Source: Bilabrum cf. latius (lineage: Eukaryota). From it: DNA of 64,000 nt. Under the pieces are notes generated by a model. It did no database searches. It saw only the letters and a program-made list of their open reading frames with translations, and had not been told where the DNA came from. The stretch lies in assembly GCA_965178125.1 (NCBI GenBank), contig OZ237735.1, forward strand, positions 2,108,001 through 2,172,000. Reading direction: 5' to 3'. A program made the translations under genes and the position numbers. Positions 26,301 to 37,486 of the stretch are shown here, piece by piece (position 1 is the stretch's first letter; each line of letters opens with the position of its first letter).

Positions 26301-29300
26301 TGTGCATGACAACGAGCCCCAGTCCAGGCTGAATGTTCCTGCTGCGCACCTTGTCGGTACCGAGGACCCATTCTGACAGAACGTACCTGGCCAGCACTGT
26401 CCTGCTACCAGCTAGCCTGACGATACGAGGCTCCACAAATTTCCTATTGATTCATTGTAGCCCGACATGGGGGCCGGCTCGATAGATCCCACCCTGCAGA
26501 AGTGCCCAGCGTGGCACAGTCCTTGCGGGGCAGCAAGTCCAACTACGCCGCAGAATTGGCCAGCAGGGCAGCTGATGCAGGCATCAATACCATTGCCCTG
26601 CTCCCTGTCAAGGTAAGTTCCACGAGGGCATGGGGTCGGTGTGGCACTGCTCGTGTTGCAGAATGTGCCCGCAGGGCACGGTCGTGACAGTGGTGCGCCC
26701 GATCGATCCATTCCAAGGCTATTCGTTGATCCCGGCGGACAATAAAATCCTGCGCTGCAGTTGCCTGCGGGGACAATAAGTCCGATTTGGTCACAAAACG
26801 AACCAGCAGGGCACAGCGTGCAACTGGTCCTATTCTTCAGCATCATGCTTTTCCCGATGGTACCAACCGGACAGAGAGTGGGCGAAGCGCCAGTTCCCCC
26901 CTCGCAGTAGGCTCCCAGTGGACACGCGGCTGGAGAAGATGTCCCAAGCCCGGGGCAGTAGAACCCCGCCGGGCACTCGATACAGCTAGATTGTCCGCTC
27001 ATACTTGTGTACGTTCCGATCGAGCACGGCTGTGGCACTGCAGCACCAGCAGAACAAAACGTGCCAGCAGGGCAGCGACCACCACCGTCTGTTTGATTCA
27101 GCGGCGTCGCTGACAACGATCCCCTGGAGCAGTAGTACCCCTCAAAGCAGGGACCACTTGGCAGCGCCAGCCCGCCAGCACCACCGCAGTATTGACCAGG
27201 TGGGCATGGCTAGCAATCGCTCACAGACTGACCTGCGAGCTCACTTCGGAACGTGCCGATCGGACACGCTTGCGGTGTGTGGCTCTACTAGGGGCAATAG
27301 TGCCCTGGTGGACACACATCTCCAAACGATTCGCTTACGGGATCTGCAAGGGGTGCTCCACCTACACAGTAGTGCCCAGCCTTGCACGGGCCGCTCGGAT
27401 TAGAGAGTCCAGAGCCAGCACAATACATTCCAAGCGTACAATTTGTGCATGATGCCTATCCGAAAGACCCACCTTGCGAATTGAATGTCCCTGGCAGACA
27501 CTATGTGGGCGTGACCGAACCAGCCTCACAGTAGGTTCCAGGCGGACACGTTTTTGGTGTCGTCATGCCAATCTCGTCGCAATACTACCCAGACGTGCAC
27601 GCAGCACACTCTGCTTGCCGCTCCAAGTTGTTAAACGTTCCCGTGGGACATTTGATAGGCTCACTGGCTCCACTTGGAGCAAAGAATCCAGGTGGTGCTA
27701 TGTGCTGCCTTGGCGTCTCCGCTGCACCAGTGCAAAAGTGCCCCGGCTCGCACGGTCCAGTGGGGCCTGGCAAGGCTGTACCGCCACAGTAGTATCCTGG
27801 TAAACAAGCCAAACAATCACGCTCCGTCGCTTGCCCGGTCACGTTCAGGAAGGACCCAAGGGGGCATGGCTGGGGCTCAAAGCTGCCCCTGGGGCAATAC
27901 CCGCCGGCGGGGCAGATGTCGCCGTACTCTGGAGTTAGTGGCCCATACCCTGAGACTGAGTCAAACCACCCGGGAGGACCCGGGAAGGAGGGCTGCGCAG
28001 TCGGCGAGCCTTCCACACAAAAGAACCCCGGATCGCACTCGCCTCTTGGCCACGTCAGGCCGGTCTCGTCGCAGTACATGCCTGGAAGGCAGAGCCTGCA
28101 CTGATCCGAAGAAGTCAGCCCACTACTATTCCCAAATCGTCCAAGAGGGCACGCTGTCGGAAGACGTGATCGGGCAGGGCAATACGATCCCCGTGGACAC
28201 TCAGTCTCGGCCTCGGACGCCGCCGCACAATACGTGCCAGCTTGGCAGTGAATACAATCGCTCTGGTTTTCGGCGCCCTGACCGGGGAAGTGCGTCCCTG
28301 CTGGGCATTCCTCTTGAGTGCTGGTTGTGGATCCTGCAGGGCAGTAGTACCCTGCACTGCACGACCCAGTCGCGTCTATGGAACCAACCAGACAGAAGCT
28401 CCCAGCTTCACACTAGTAGCACGATCCGGACCCTGTGCTATCCTGTCGAAAGCCAGGAGCGCACTTTGTGGGGCGCGCAGAGGCTTCAGGGCAATAGTTT
28501 CCCGCAGGACACAAGTTATCAGGCACTGCAGGTGGGCTTGACATTCCCGATGGGCAGAAATAGCCCTCCGGGCACCTGTGCTGATCACCCATCCTGGCAT
28601 AAGACAGTCCGGTCTAGTTGCAGAAGTGACCACCGAGGCACTCGCTGCACTAGTCTTCGCCGCTCCTGCTGTACGTTCCGGATGGACATGGAGATGGCAC
28701 AACAGTCCCGTTGATGTCGTTGCACACGCTTCCTGCTGGACACACTTTACAGTATGGGAACTCATCAGGGCGCTCGGACGGCCGGGATGCGCCCTCTGTC
28801 TCCTCCACGTCAGTGTACGTGCCAGGTGCGCATGGCTCTGGGGCAGCTGACCCAACTTCGCAGAACTAGCCCGTGGGGCATGACAAGCACTCGTCCTGAG
28901 ACCGCAAGCCAGTACGGTTGCCGTAGGTGCCAGCCCGACACGGAAACTCATCGGCTCGAGTTGTGTTCAGCGGACAGTAGAAGCCCTGAGGACATTCGTC
29001 TGTCACGTTCGATTGTCCACCCGTGCAGTAGCTTCCTGCAGGGCACGCGGAACACTCGTCTTGCGATGCAAGATTGTTAAATGGAGTGAATGTGCCGGGC
29101 TAGCACTGGTTGTCCTGTGGGTGCTTGGTTCCGAAAGGACAGTAGTGGCCCAAAGCACACTCTTCTGGGGGGTTAGAATTCCCACCCACACCGAAGCCAC
29201 AAGCAAAGCCCTCGGGGCAGATGGAGCAGTTTGCTGCAGATTCCAGGAATGTCTAATCCGTGAATCGGCCCGGCGGACACGGGTGCTCGCTCGAGTACGC

Positions 29301-30869
29301 CGAGCCAGGTGGGCAGTAGTGCCCCACATCGCACGCACCGTTTGGCAGGTCGAGACCGGTAGTGTTGCACACCGATCCTGCGATGCAGTCCCGACAAGCC
29401 TCAGCGTCAGCCGATCCCTCTACGGGGTTGTACTTGCCTACAGGACACAGGATTGGAATGGTCGCACCGGCCTCGCAGAACGTTCCGTTCGGGCAAGTTG
29501 TGCACTCATCCGGGTTGCCAAGGCCCTCTGTAGCCCCGTACGTTCCACTAGGGCAGGACACGGCAGTATCAGTCCCATTCTCACAAGCGGAGCCGCGAGG
29601 ACACAATTGAGAAAAGCCATCTACCCAACCATCTGATGGGCACACGAAGCCGCGCGGGCACGGTATGCAGCTGGCGAAGGATACCTAACCATCCAGCGGC
29701 TGGTAGTACCCTGCTGGACAGGGGTAGTCGTTCGCTGAACCGGTTCCGGCCGGACAGTAGTGGCCAGCGGGACAGATCCACTCCTTTTCAGTGACTGTGC
29801 AGTACGTGCCTTGAGGGCACTCCTGGCAAGCCTCCTGCTCGTCGCGACTGCCCGTGCGATTCGCTGGCGTAGTGCCTGCAGGGCATTGAATCAAGTTTCC
29901 AGAAAGAGCAGGCTCGAACCAGAATCCAACTGGTGCTTCTGAACCCACAGGTGAGGGCTCGAATGATCCAGCGGGGCAGTAGTACCCAGGTGCACATGGG
30001 TCGCAAGCTGTGCTGCCATTGCCCGCGAATCTACCTGCAACGCATTGTGTGGCACCAGTGGCCGTGCACGAGCTCCCGCGGGGACACAGCAAGCACTCAG
30101 TCTGGTCAGCAGTGTCTTGGTAGAAGCCAGGCTCGCACGGGATCTGGTCCATACTGGGATCAGGACACTGATGCCCTGCCTGACAGTTTGTGCACGTGGA
30201 CTGTCCACCGGTTGAAAACCTGCCAGTGGGACACGGCGTTCCAGCTGCATCCAGGACTGGACACTCGAAACCAGCCGGGCACGGCGTGCATGACGTCTGG
30301 TTGCCCAGAGAGTACGTCCCGGATGCGCATGCCTGTGGATTCTCGTCGGGCTGGCCAACCATGCTATTCGTGTACCGCAAAGGGCAGGCCGAGCCAGCCG
30401 GGCACTCAGTGCACGACGTTGCGCCGCCAGTGTCCGCTGTGTAAGTGCCCGCTGGACAAGGAAGCACCTAGCTGCTGTTCGTGTACGGGCAGTAAGATCC
30501 ACGCGGGCATCGCTGGCAGGTCTGTGAGTTGACTTCGCTGTAGAATCCCGGCAGGCATGCCTCGGGATGTGTCACACTGGTTGACGTGCACTGAAACCCA
30601 GCCGGGCAATCGTTGCACATGGTGCTACCAGCCGGGGCATACTGGCCTGGGCTACATTCGATCTAAAGGGCTACGTCTGGATATGGGCATGCGTATCCTG
30701 CGGGGCATGGAATACAGCTGTCGGTTTCGTAGTTGCCAGTATTTGCGTTCGTAGCGCTGCCATTTCCAGTCGGGCGTGTTCCCAGAGGGCACTGCTGCAA
30801 ATCAGCCTTTGCACAGAACAGGCATACGAGGGGTATCAATACAAACAAGTTTCCGCTCAGCAGAGGCAT
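14325..30869 (-). CDS. Giant type I membrane protein A (~5,514 aa): signal peptide, long GCC2/GCC3 (ephrin-receptor-like) Cys-repeat ectodomain, conserved juxtamembrane domain, TM helix, coiled-coil tail
   Basis: More than 20 ORF-track fragments lie in one frame and each junction checked is TAG. ATG 30869 starts MPLLSGNLFVLIPLVCLFCAKA; many CPxGxYC/CxxC repeats follow, then LLNTNPEFDFGVFR, TM ILTLILAGFVLSTGAAILSIAYI (~20575-20645) and an E/R/Q/A-rich tail. Ends at TGA 14327-14325. No intron is needed. Confidence 0.88.
27821..28091. repeat. Near-identical tract shared with 56170-56440 (offset 28349)
   Basis: Both encode CLPGMYCDETGLTWPRGECDPG...FLNVTGQATER; the flanking sequence is diverged. 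Confidence 0.93.
28752..30659. repeat. Near-identical tract shared with 57101-59005 (offset 28349/28346), interrupted by a diverged patch at ~29775-29940
   Basis: Direct nucleotide comparison shows only scattered substitutions over ~1.7 kb. Confidence 0.93.
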
Positions 30870-31349
30870 GCGGCCGCCAACGCCTTGCACCGAATTTGAG
30901 TTGTTGAGTCCCTTATTTGTTCTAGTTGCTTCTCGTAAGTTCCTGTTTATCCAGTACTTCGAATATGGTCTACACTACTTTCTGAAAGTGAGTACAAGTT
31001 GATTTGTTCAGTACTATAGTATAGCCTACGGAGCGAGCGCGAGCCAGCAAGAAGAGCACGCGCATCGCAATGTACCACAGTGCGCTGCAGTTTCCAGCGC
31101 ACCAAGCACAGACACCAAACGAAAGAATTGGTTGAAATTAGAGTGGGTCGGGGGACCTTGAGTAATATGTGGTGTGACTATATTGCATATGAGCCGAAGC
31201 AGGCGCTAAGTCTGGCTGTAACGTTGAGTTTAGGCAGAGGGTGAGCTTCAAAAGCGACGTGCGTGAGCACCATCGCATCCAGTGGAGAAACACACGGACG
31301 TGTTTGAAGCTTGCATGTCTGACCCGTCGTCAAAGCGACAAGCCTAGCT

Positions 31350-34300
31350 TCAGCCAAGCGCTCCAGCGGCACCAGAACCACCCGATCCCTTGCCCATGTC
31401 ACCGCCGCCAGAAGCCCCTGCGCCGCCGCTCGCGGCTTCGCTCGGCTTCTCGAGTCGGAAGGCGATGGCAGTTCTGGCGGGCGCGTAGACCAGGATAGAA
31501 GCAGGCCTCTCGTTCCAAGGCTCCTCCGTTGCCACGTGCTTGACCTCGTGCGCGATGCGTCCCTGACCCCCGTACTCTGACTGGTCTGAATCGAGGGCAG
31601 GGACCCACGAGCCACCGCACGGGACGCCTACCTTGTAATCGGTGTAGCTCTGGCTGGGGTGGAAGTTGAACACGAACACGAGCGTGCTCTCCGCTGTGTC
31701 TCCCCTCTCGAATACGATCATCTTGTCCCCCTCGTGCTTGAGGCTCACAAAATTGTTCCTTGAGAGCAGCCAGGGGTACCTCTCCTGCAGCATCATCATG
31801 CCTCGGTCAAACTGCATCAGGTCGCGGTAGTACAGGTCTCCGTTAAAGGCGAGATTCCACTGCCTGCGGCAGTGCTGATAGCTGTCGTGGTTGCCAGGCC
31901 GGGGAAAATCAAGCCACTCGGGGTGAGCAAACTCGTTGCCGATGAAGCAGAGCCATGCCTCGCCGCCCATCGCGCATGTGAGCAGCCGGATCATCTTGTG
32001 CAGCGCCACACCGCGAGATACCACGGCGCTCGATTGCCCGAGCTTTGACATGGACGTGTACATCTCCTTGTCCATCAGCCAGAAAGCCAGCGTCTTGTCC
32101 CCGACGAGCGCCTGGTCGTGCGACTCCGCGTACGATACCGCTCTTTCCTACCACCTGCGGTTCGTTAGCACGTGGGCAAGATGCCCCATGCCCCAGTCCT
32201 CGTCAGGTTTCTCCTTGAGCAGCTTGATCCACTGGTCCGGGATGGCCATGGCCAGACGCATATCGAAGCCTACTCCGCCCTCCGCCACGGGCCGCCCAAG
32301 GCCCGGCATCCCGCTCACGTCTTCCCCGATCGTGATTGCAGGAGGGTCCGCGCAGTGGCACAGCAGGTTCGCCAGCATCAGGTAGCTCACGGCCTCGTTG
32401 TCCGTGGCGTCACTAAAGTACTCGTGGTACCCGCCGGAGAAGCCCTCCCCGATTCCGTGGTGCTTGTACAACATGCTCGTCACACCGTCGAACCGGAACC
32501 CGTCGAACCGGTACTCCTCGAGCCACCAGCGCACGTTGGACAGGAGGAACCGGCGGACCTCCGCGCTGTTGTAGTTGAAGAGCCGACTGCCCCACTGCTC
32601 GTGCCTGCCGCGCCCGCCATCGTGGAAGTAGCACGAGTCCGTGCCGTCGTAGTAGTTGAGGCCGTCTTCCGTGTTGGGGCTCGCGTGGCTGTGCACGATA
32701 TCCATGATCACAGCCAGTCCCAGTGAGTGCGCCGTGTCAACGAGGTACTTCAGATCCTCGGGAGTGCCAAACCTGCTGCTCGCTGCAAAGAAGCAGTTGA
32801 CATGGTACCCGAATGAGCTGTACAGCGCGTGTTCCTGAACGGCCATGAGCTGGATCGCGGTGTAGCCCAACCGGGCCACGTGCGGCAGCACAAACCTAGC
32901 GAATTCGCGATAGGTATGCACCCTGTGCTCCTGCCCCGCAAGGCCGACGTGGGCCTCATAGATCCGCAGTCCGGTGGCCGCGGGGTCGCGACCATCGACA
33001 AGGCGTTTGGTTGGCAGCACTGGCGCAGCGTACGCCGGCACGCTGCTCGAAGCCCCGGCTCCGCTCGAAGCAGCTGATGCCCCAGCCCCTCCCACGGGTT
33101 TCCCGGCGTCGGCACCCCCAGCTGCAGAGGATTTTTCATCGGCTGATGGGCCCCCGTGACAGGGTGCGCGATTGGCAAGCCTTGCAGCGATTAGAGCCTC
33201 TTTGTCCTCTGGGTCCAGCTCCTGGGGAGGGCCGGACCCCTGGATCTCAGGTCCGTCGTACTCGTCGAAATCGTTCGAGTCGCCACCCAGCCGAATCCGG
33301 TTAAAGCCCTGGTTGGTCCACTCGCCCTGATGCACGACACGCTTGTCCTTGAAGCGCCGCCTGCCACCAAACTTCCAAGAGTGTCTCTCTGCGGCCGGAG
33401 GGTCCCACACTCGCGCGCAGTAGACGCCAGTCGTAGGGTCTTGCTCGGCGTACGTGGCCCAGGCAGGCAGGCGCATCACGTGGGCCCCGGCAGGTGTTCC
33501 CAGATCAGGGTTTGCTGGTGTGCTCTCGATGCCTTTGGCGCCCGGGCTGTCGCTCGGGATCACGTACATGACCTTGTAGTGCTGCAGGTGAGAAATGGCA
33601 GGGCCCGAGTCGGACCCGTCGGGCATGAACACGGACCAGACGCCGAAGGAATCCTTGGTCATCGGGTTTGCCGTCTCGTCCCAGCGATTGAAGTCTCCCA
33701 CTAAAGAGCCTGCGAGTGCTCCCGGGGCGTAGTCTCTGAACCACCAGCCCTGCGGCATTTCCGAGCGGTTCAGGCCCATGTATCGGTAGCCTTGGGAGAA
33801 GGTGTCGAGGCCGAACCGGCTGCCGATCGTGTATCGGCTGCGGTTCACTGCCACTGCCTTGCCTCGCAGGGGAGATCCGAATCCCGCGGCAGCCGCCGAG
33901 CTGCCCGCCCCGGTCGCCCCGGTCGCCCCGGCGGATGCAGCGGTCGCGTAGGCTTCCTCCTGCTCTCGGATCGAGGCCAGCAGCGCGTCCTCCTCCTAGA
34001 GGCGAGCGTGCGTCTCGTGGAACGAAATGGTCTCGATCTCTTGCAAATCTTGCAGGAATCTCTAGTACCTGCGCGGATGGGTGCAGCACAACAGTAAAAC
34101 GATCCCACATCGGAGCCGCCGTGATGGATCGGGTATCCATCACCTCAGCATCAATCGCAACCAGATCTCAAACCACGCCATTTTCTCTCACCTGGTGCGG
34201 AGAGGTCCTTTGAAGTCTTTCAAGTATGGATCGCCAAATTCCCCACGGGTCAATCCGGTACCATCGTTTTGCGTGAACCAGGTCGTATGCAAATGGACAA

Positions 34301-34888
34301 GCTCAGCGCAGGATGGCGGTACGCCCAGATCAGCTGGCATCGTGCTGCCAAGCGTCTCGGCTGCTAGCACAGGGAGCTTGGCCGCATTAAACCTGCGCGT
34401 AGGGGTGAGTCCATTGCACGCTAATTGGTGTGCTGCGCATTCCTTTGAATGCAACGATATCGACTGCATTCCTCACACTCTGTTCTCGCCTTGCATCCAG
34501 ACGAAATCGCCGAAATCGCCCTTTTCCTCGTTAAAATAACGAGCAACAATCTTGTACTCAACATCACCTGCGATGGAAGGGATTCACTTGTTGGAATGGT
34601 GGCCACGAAGATACGTCTTCTACTGATGCTTTACCGAATCCTCGTCTTGAACTGCCGGCGCAAGGTAAGTTTGGTACTTGACCTGCAAGATGGACTAAAC
34701 TAGTACGATAAGGATGACTCACCAGGGTGTGCTTCGACGTATCCGGCATACACACCGAGCATATCGATAAAGCGCAGCACAATACCATCGGCAGGTTTCC
34801 AAGATCCAAGTTCCTTGGAAGCCCCTACGATCCGCAGCTCGTGCTCTTTACAGACATCTGACCGCACAGTGATAAAGAATGCCTGCAT
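31350..34888 (-). CDS. GBE1: 1,4-alpha-glucan branching enzyme (GH13_8, eukaryotic type) with N-terminal CBM20-like domain; complement(join(31350..34068,34192..34392,34477..34567,34723..34888)), ~1058 aa
   Basis: Motifs DPYL, FSQGY, IYEAHVG, MDIVHSHAS, FDGFRFDGVTSMLY, IGEDVSGMP, NRRW[TAG]ERAVSYAESHDQALVGDKT, GNEFAHPEWLDFPR. Three GT-AG introns restore the frame. N-terminal ELRIVGASKELGSW...DVEYKI...WMQGENRV resembles CBM20. In-frame TAG at 32148, 33996, 34062; ends at TGA 31352-31350. Confidence 0.93.
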
Positions 34889-34986
34889 AGCTTGTGGTAT
34901 TCCCGAGTATTGGTTCTGTGACCGGGATTGGTCAATCCGAATGTCGCCGCGCGATTCGCAGCGGAACCGCCGGCGAGTGCTCCTCG

Positions 34987-37077
34987 TCACTGCGCCTACC
35001 CTGCCATCTCTCCCTCCAGAACCTCCACACATTCTGAATGCCCGCCTATCCGAGCCGCCTCTAGCGCTGACATCAAGTTCCCCGCAACACTACCGCTGGC
35101 CTCAAGCCCACCAGCAAGCCTGCCTAGCCTCAGCCGCTTGGCCAGCTCTAGCGGCCTGCCGTGGGCAGCTGCCTGAAACACCATCCCCGCGTCTCGACGA
35201 GCCTCATGGGCTCGTCTGAATCCACAGAGTTGCACTCTCCTGTTCATTCGTCGGACCGGGCCCCTATTGAGAGCATCGAGTACGACCGCCCGGGCCTCGG
35301 ACTTCCGAAACACGCGCATCGGGCCAACGTCGCAGTACCGAACGAGCGTTTCAAGAACGGCTCCGAGGGGTAGCAACTGCTCAGGTTTAAATATTTTGCC
35401 CTGCAGCTGGAGAGAGCGCAGCATGGGACTGGCGGACACCACGTCGCATAGGAGACCCATGGTTTTCTTGTCGCGCGGGAGCTGGGCGAGCTGCAGCTCA
35501 TCTAACGATTTCTCCCCAGAGGACACACCTCGCACCAAACCGCCAAGCAATTGCTGGCACTGATTTCCCTTCAGGTCCAGAAGATACAGCGAGAGCACCC
35601 TGAGCCTCGGCATGCGCTCCAGAGCCAGAGCCAAATCTGGGACATTTTCGGCGTGGTGCTCCCGGGGCAGCCGAAGCACCTCCAGGCTTGTCAGCTGCTG
35701 CAAGTGCCGCGTCGATCCTGGCGGTAGCTTCATGCCCTGCAGGCACAACGACCTGAGCGCAGTGCATTTGGTGCTGAGAGCATCCAGGAGCTGGCCCGCC
35801 CCGGTTGGTGCGAGCTGGTACCCGGATCCAAACTGCAACGATCTCAGGGAGCATCCAGCTTGGAGCCGTTCCGCAAATGCAGCCAGCTAACGCTCGACAT
35901 TAAGCCCAGTTTGAATAACTAACGAATCTGTGGTTGCACCCGGCCTAACAACATCTGCTAGATCTGCAAACTGGCTAGGAGGCAGCTCGTTTTCCATGTG
36001 GCAGACTGGCAGCTGCACATGCCCAATCCCATGGTTTGCATCCTTGAGCGCCTCAATAATTCGAGCCGAGTCAAAGCATGTGACGTACGCTCCGTCGACC
36101 ACAAGACTCCTCAGCCCGGGCCGGGTGCCACTGCTACAGTGCATCTCGTCCGCCCACTGAGACTGGCCGTGGATCAGTTCAGCAATGCAGACAGATGAAA
36201 CCACGGCAGGATCAGGGGCCCTGATAGTAATCTACAGCTTCTGCACCGATTTTCTCGTGAGTAACGCGGCCAGAACGTCCTTCAAGCCATCGCCATACCC
36301 GCCCTGCGACAGAGCAAGGACTAGCGAGATAGCCTTCAGACCCGGCATGGCTCCATCTCGCAGCGCCGCAGCAAGACTCTTCAGAACAGCTGATGACGCA
36401 AATGTACCCTGCAGATTCAATGCCTCCAACCGCTCGGCATTCGAAAGCTACTTGCCGAGGCCAAGGTCTGCTGCCAGTGGCTGCCCCGCATCATCAGGCC
36501 TGCCCACGGCGCCCTTTACCACGGCAGCAGCAGCACGAGCAGCGTGCGCATGAACTAAATTGAGATGTTGCAGGTAACGTAGGTGCGCCAAAGCGCCCCC
36601 ATTCAGCACAGCCTCGATTTCACGCAGGTAGAACTAGGATCCAAATCCCAACGATAGCTTCGACAGGGATGTCATCCGTCTCATTGCCGAGCACGCTGCA
36701 CTGAGTCCCACCGTCGAGATGGTGTGGTCACTCCGAAGTTGTAAGCTAAAGCTTTTGAGCTTTTCAATGTCTGCTGAATCGTATAGTGCCTCTAGCGCTG
36801 GCGTTGAATGCGCTAGCGCCACCTCGAGGTGATCTGCCGCTGCGGTCGACAAGTAGGTGCGCATGACCGATTCCATGAGATTCTATTCCAAACCTGTTCC
36901 CATGCTACTAAGTGATAGAGTCTAGAGTGTGAACCTGTGGCGCTGCAATAGCCGTACAAGCTGCTGTGCAAACCCGTTCAGACTACCACCGCTTGCGAAC
37001 AAAGATAGGGAGTCCAAACGCTCATCGTCCGATAAACTAAGAAGCTCTGTACTGGATGAAACTAGGGCTGTAGGCAT
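34987..37077 (-). CDS. Leucine-rich repeat (RNI-like) protein, ~696 aa, with a possible C-terminal ankyrin-like motif
   Basis: LxxLxL repeats (LSKLSLG, LRSLCLQG, LTSLEVLRL, LRVLSLY, LRSLQLQG). Four fragments share one frame joined by TAG (36634, 36448, 36232, 35887, 34996). ATG 37077; TGA 34989-34987; SALEAARIGGHSECVEVL near the end. Confidence 0.72.
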
Positions 37078-37114
37078 GTGGTAACTTTTCACTCTCTGAG
37101 AGGTCTCACTGCCA

Positions 37115-37292
37115 GTGAATCTGAAAAAGTCGTATCATTACATTCACTCATCATCATCACCTTCGAGATCTCACAATGGACCCTCGTCCAAAGCTCAAAC
37201 TCTGTGGCACTCGTCGAGGCTCCCGAGTTCACTCAGGATGACCTAGCAGCACCTATTGCCCGCCGTGGTGGGGTTGTGGTGCAGCTAAGGCT
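37115..37292. repeat. 178-bp direct repeat, copy 1 (identical to 38934-39111)
   Basis: GTGAATCTGAAAAAGTCGTATC...GCAGCTAAGGCT matches base for base by eye. Confidence 0.95.
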
Positions 37293-37293
37293 A

Positions 37294-37486
37294 GTGAATC
37301 TGTGAAAAGTCGTATCTTCATAATCAATCGTCATCATCACCTTCGAGACCTCGCCTTGGACCCTCGCCCAAAACTAATTCTCTGTGGCACTTATCGAGAC
37401 TTCCGAGCTCACTCAGGATGATCCAGAAACGCCTATACCCCGCCGTGGTGGGGTTGTGGCGCAACTGAAACTCCTGGAGCCTCGGG
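37294..37486. repeat. Diverged copy of the 178-bp repeat, directly adjacent to copy 1
   Basis: GTGAATCTGTGAAAAGTCGTATC...CGCCGTGGTGGGGTTGTGG...CTCCTGGAGCCTCGGG; collinear with many substitutions. Confidence 0.9.

Noticed and set aside
32148-32150. TAG=Leu, suggested by NRRW*E versus NRRWLE in plant branching enzymes
   Set aside because: That column is variable among homologs as I recall it. Internal alignments (F*PSD, W*DV, RRL*, AD*CTPC) favour Gln, with Glu the next-best alternative.
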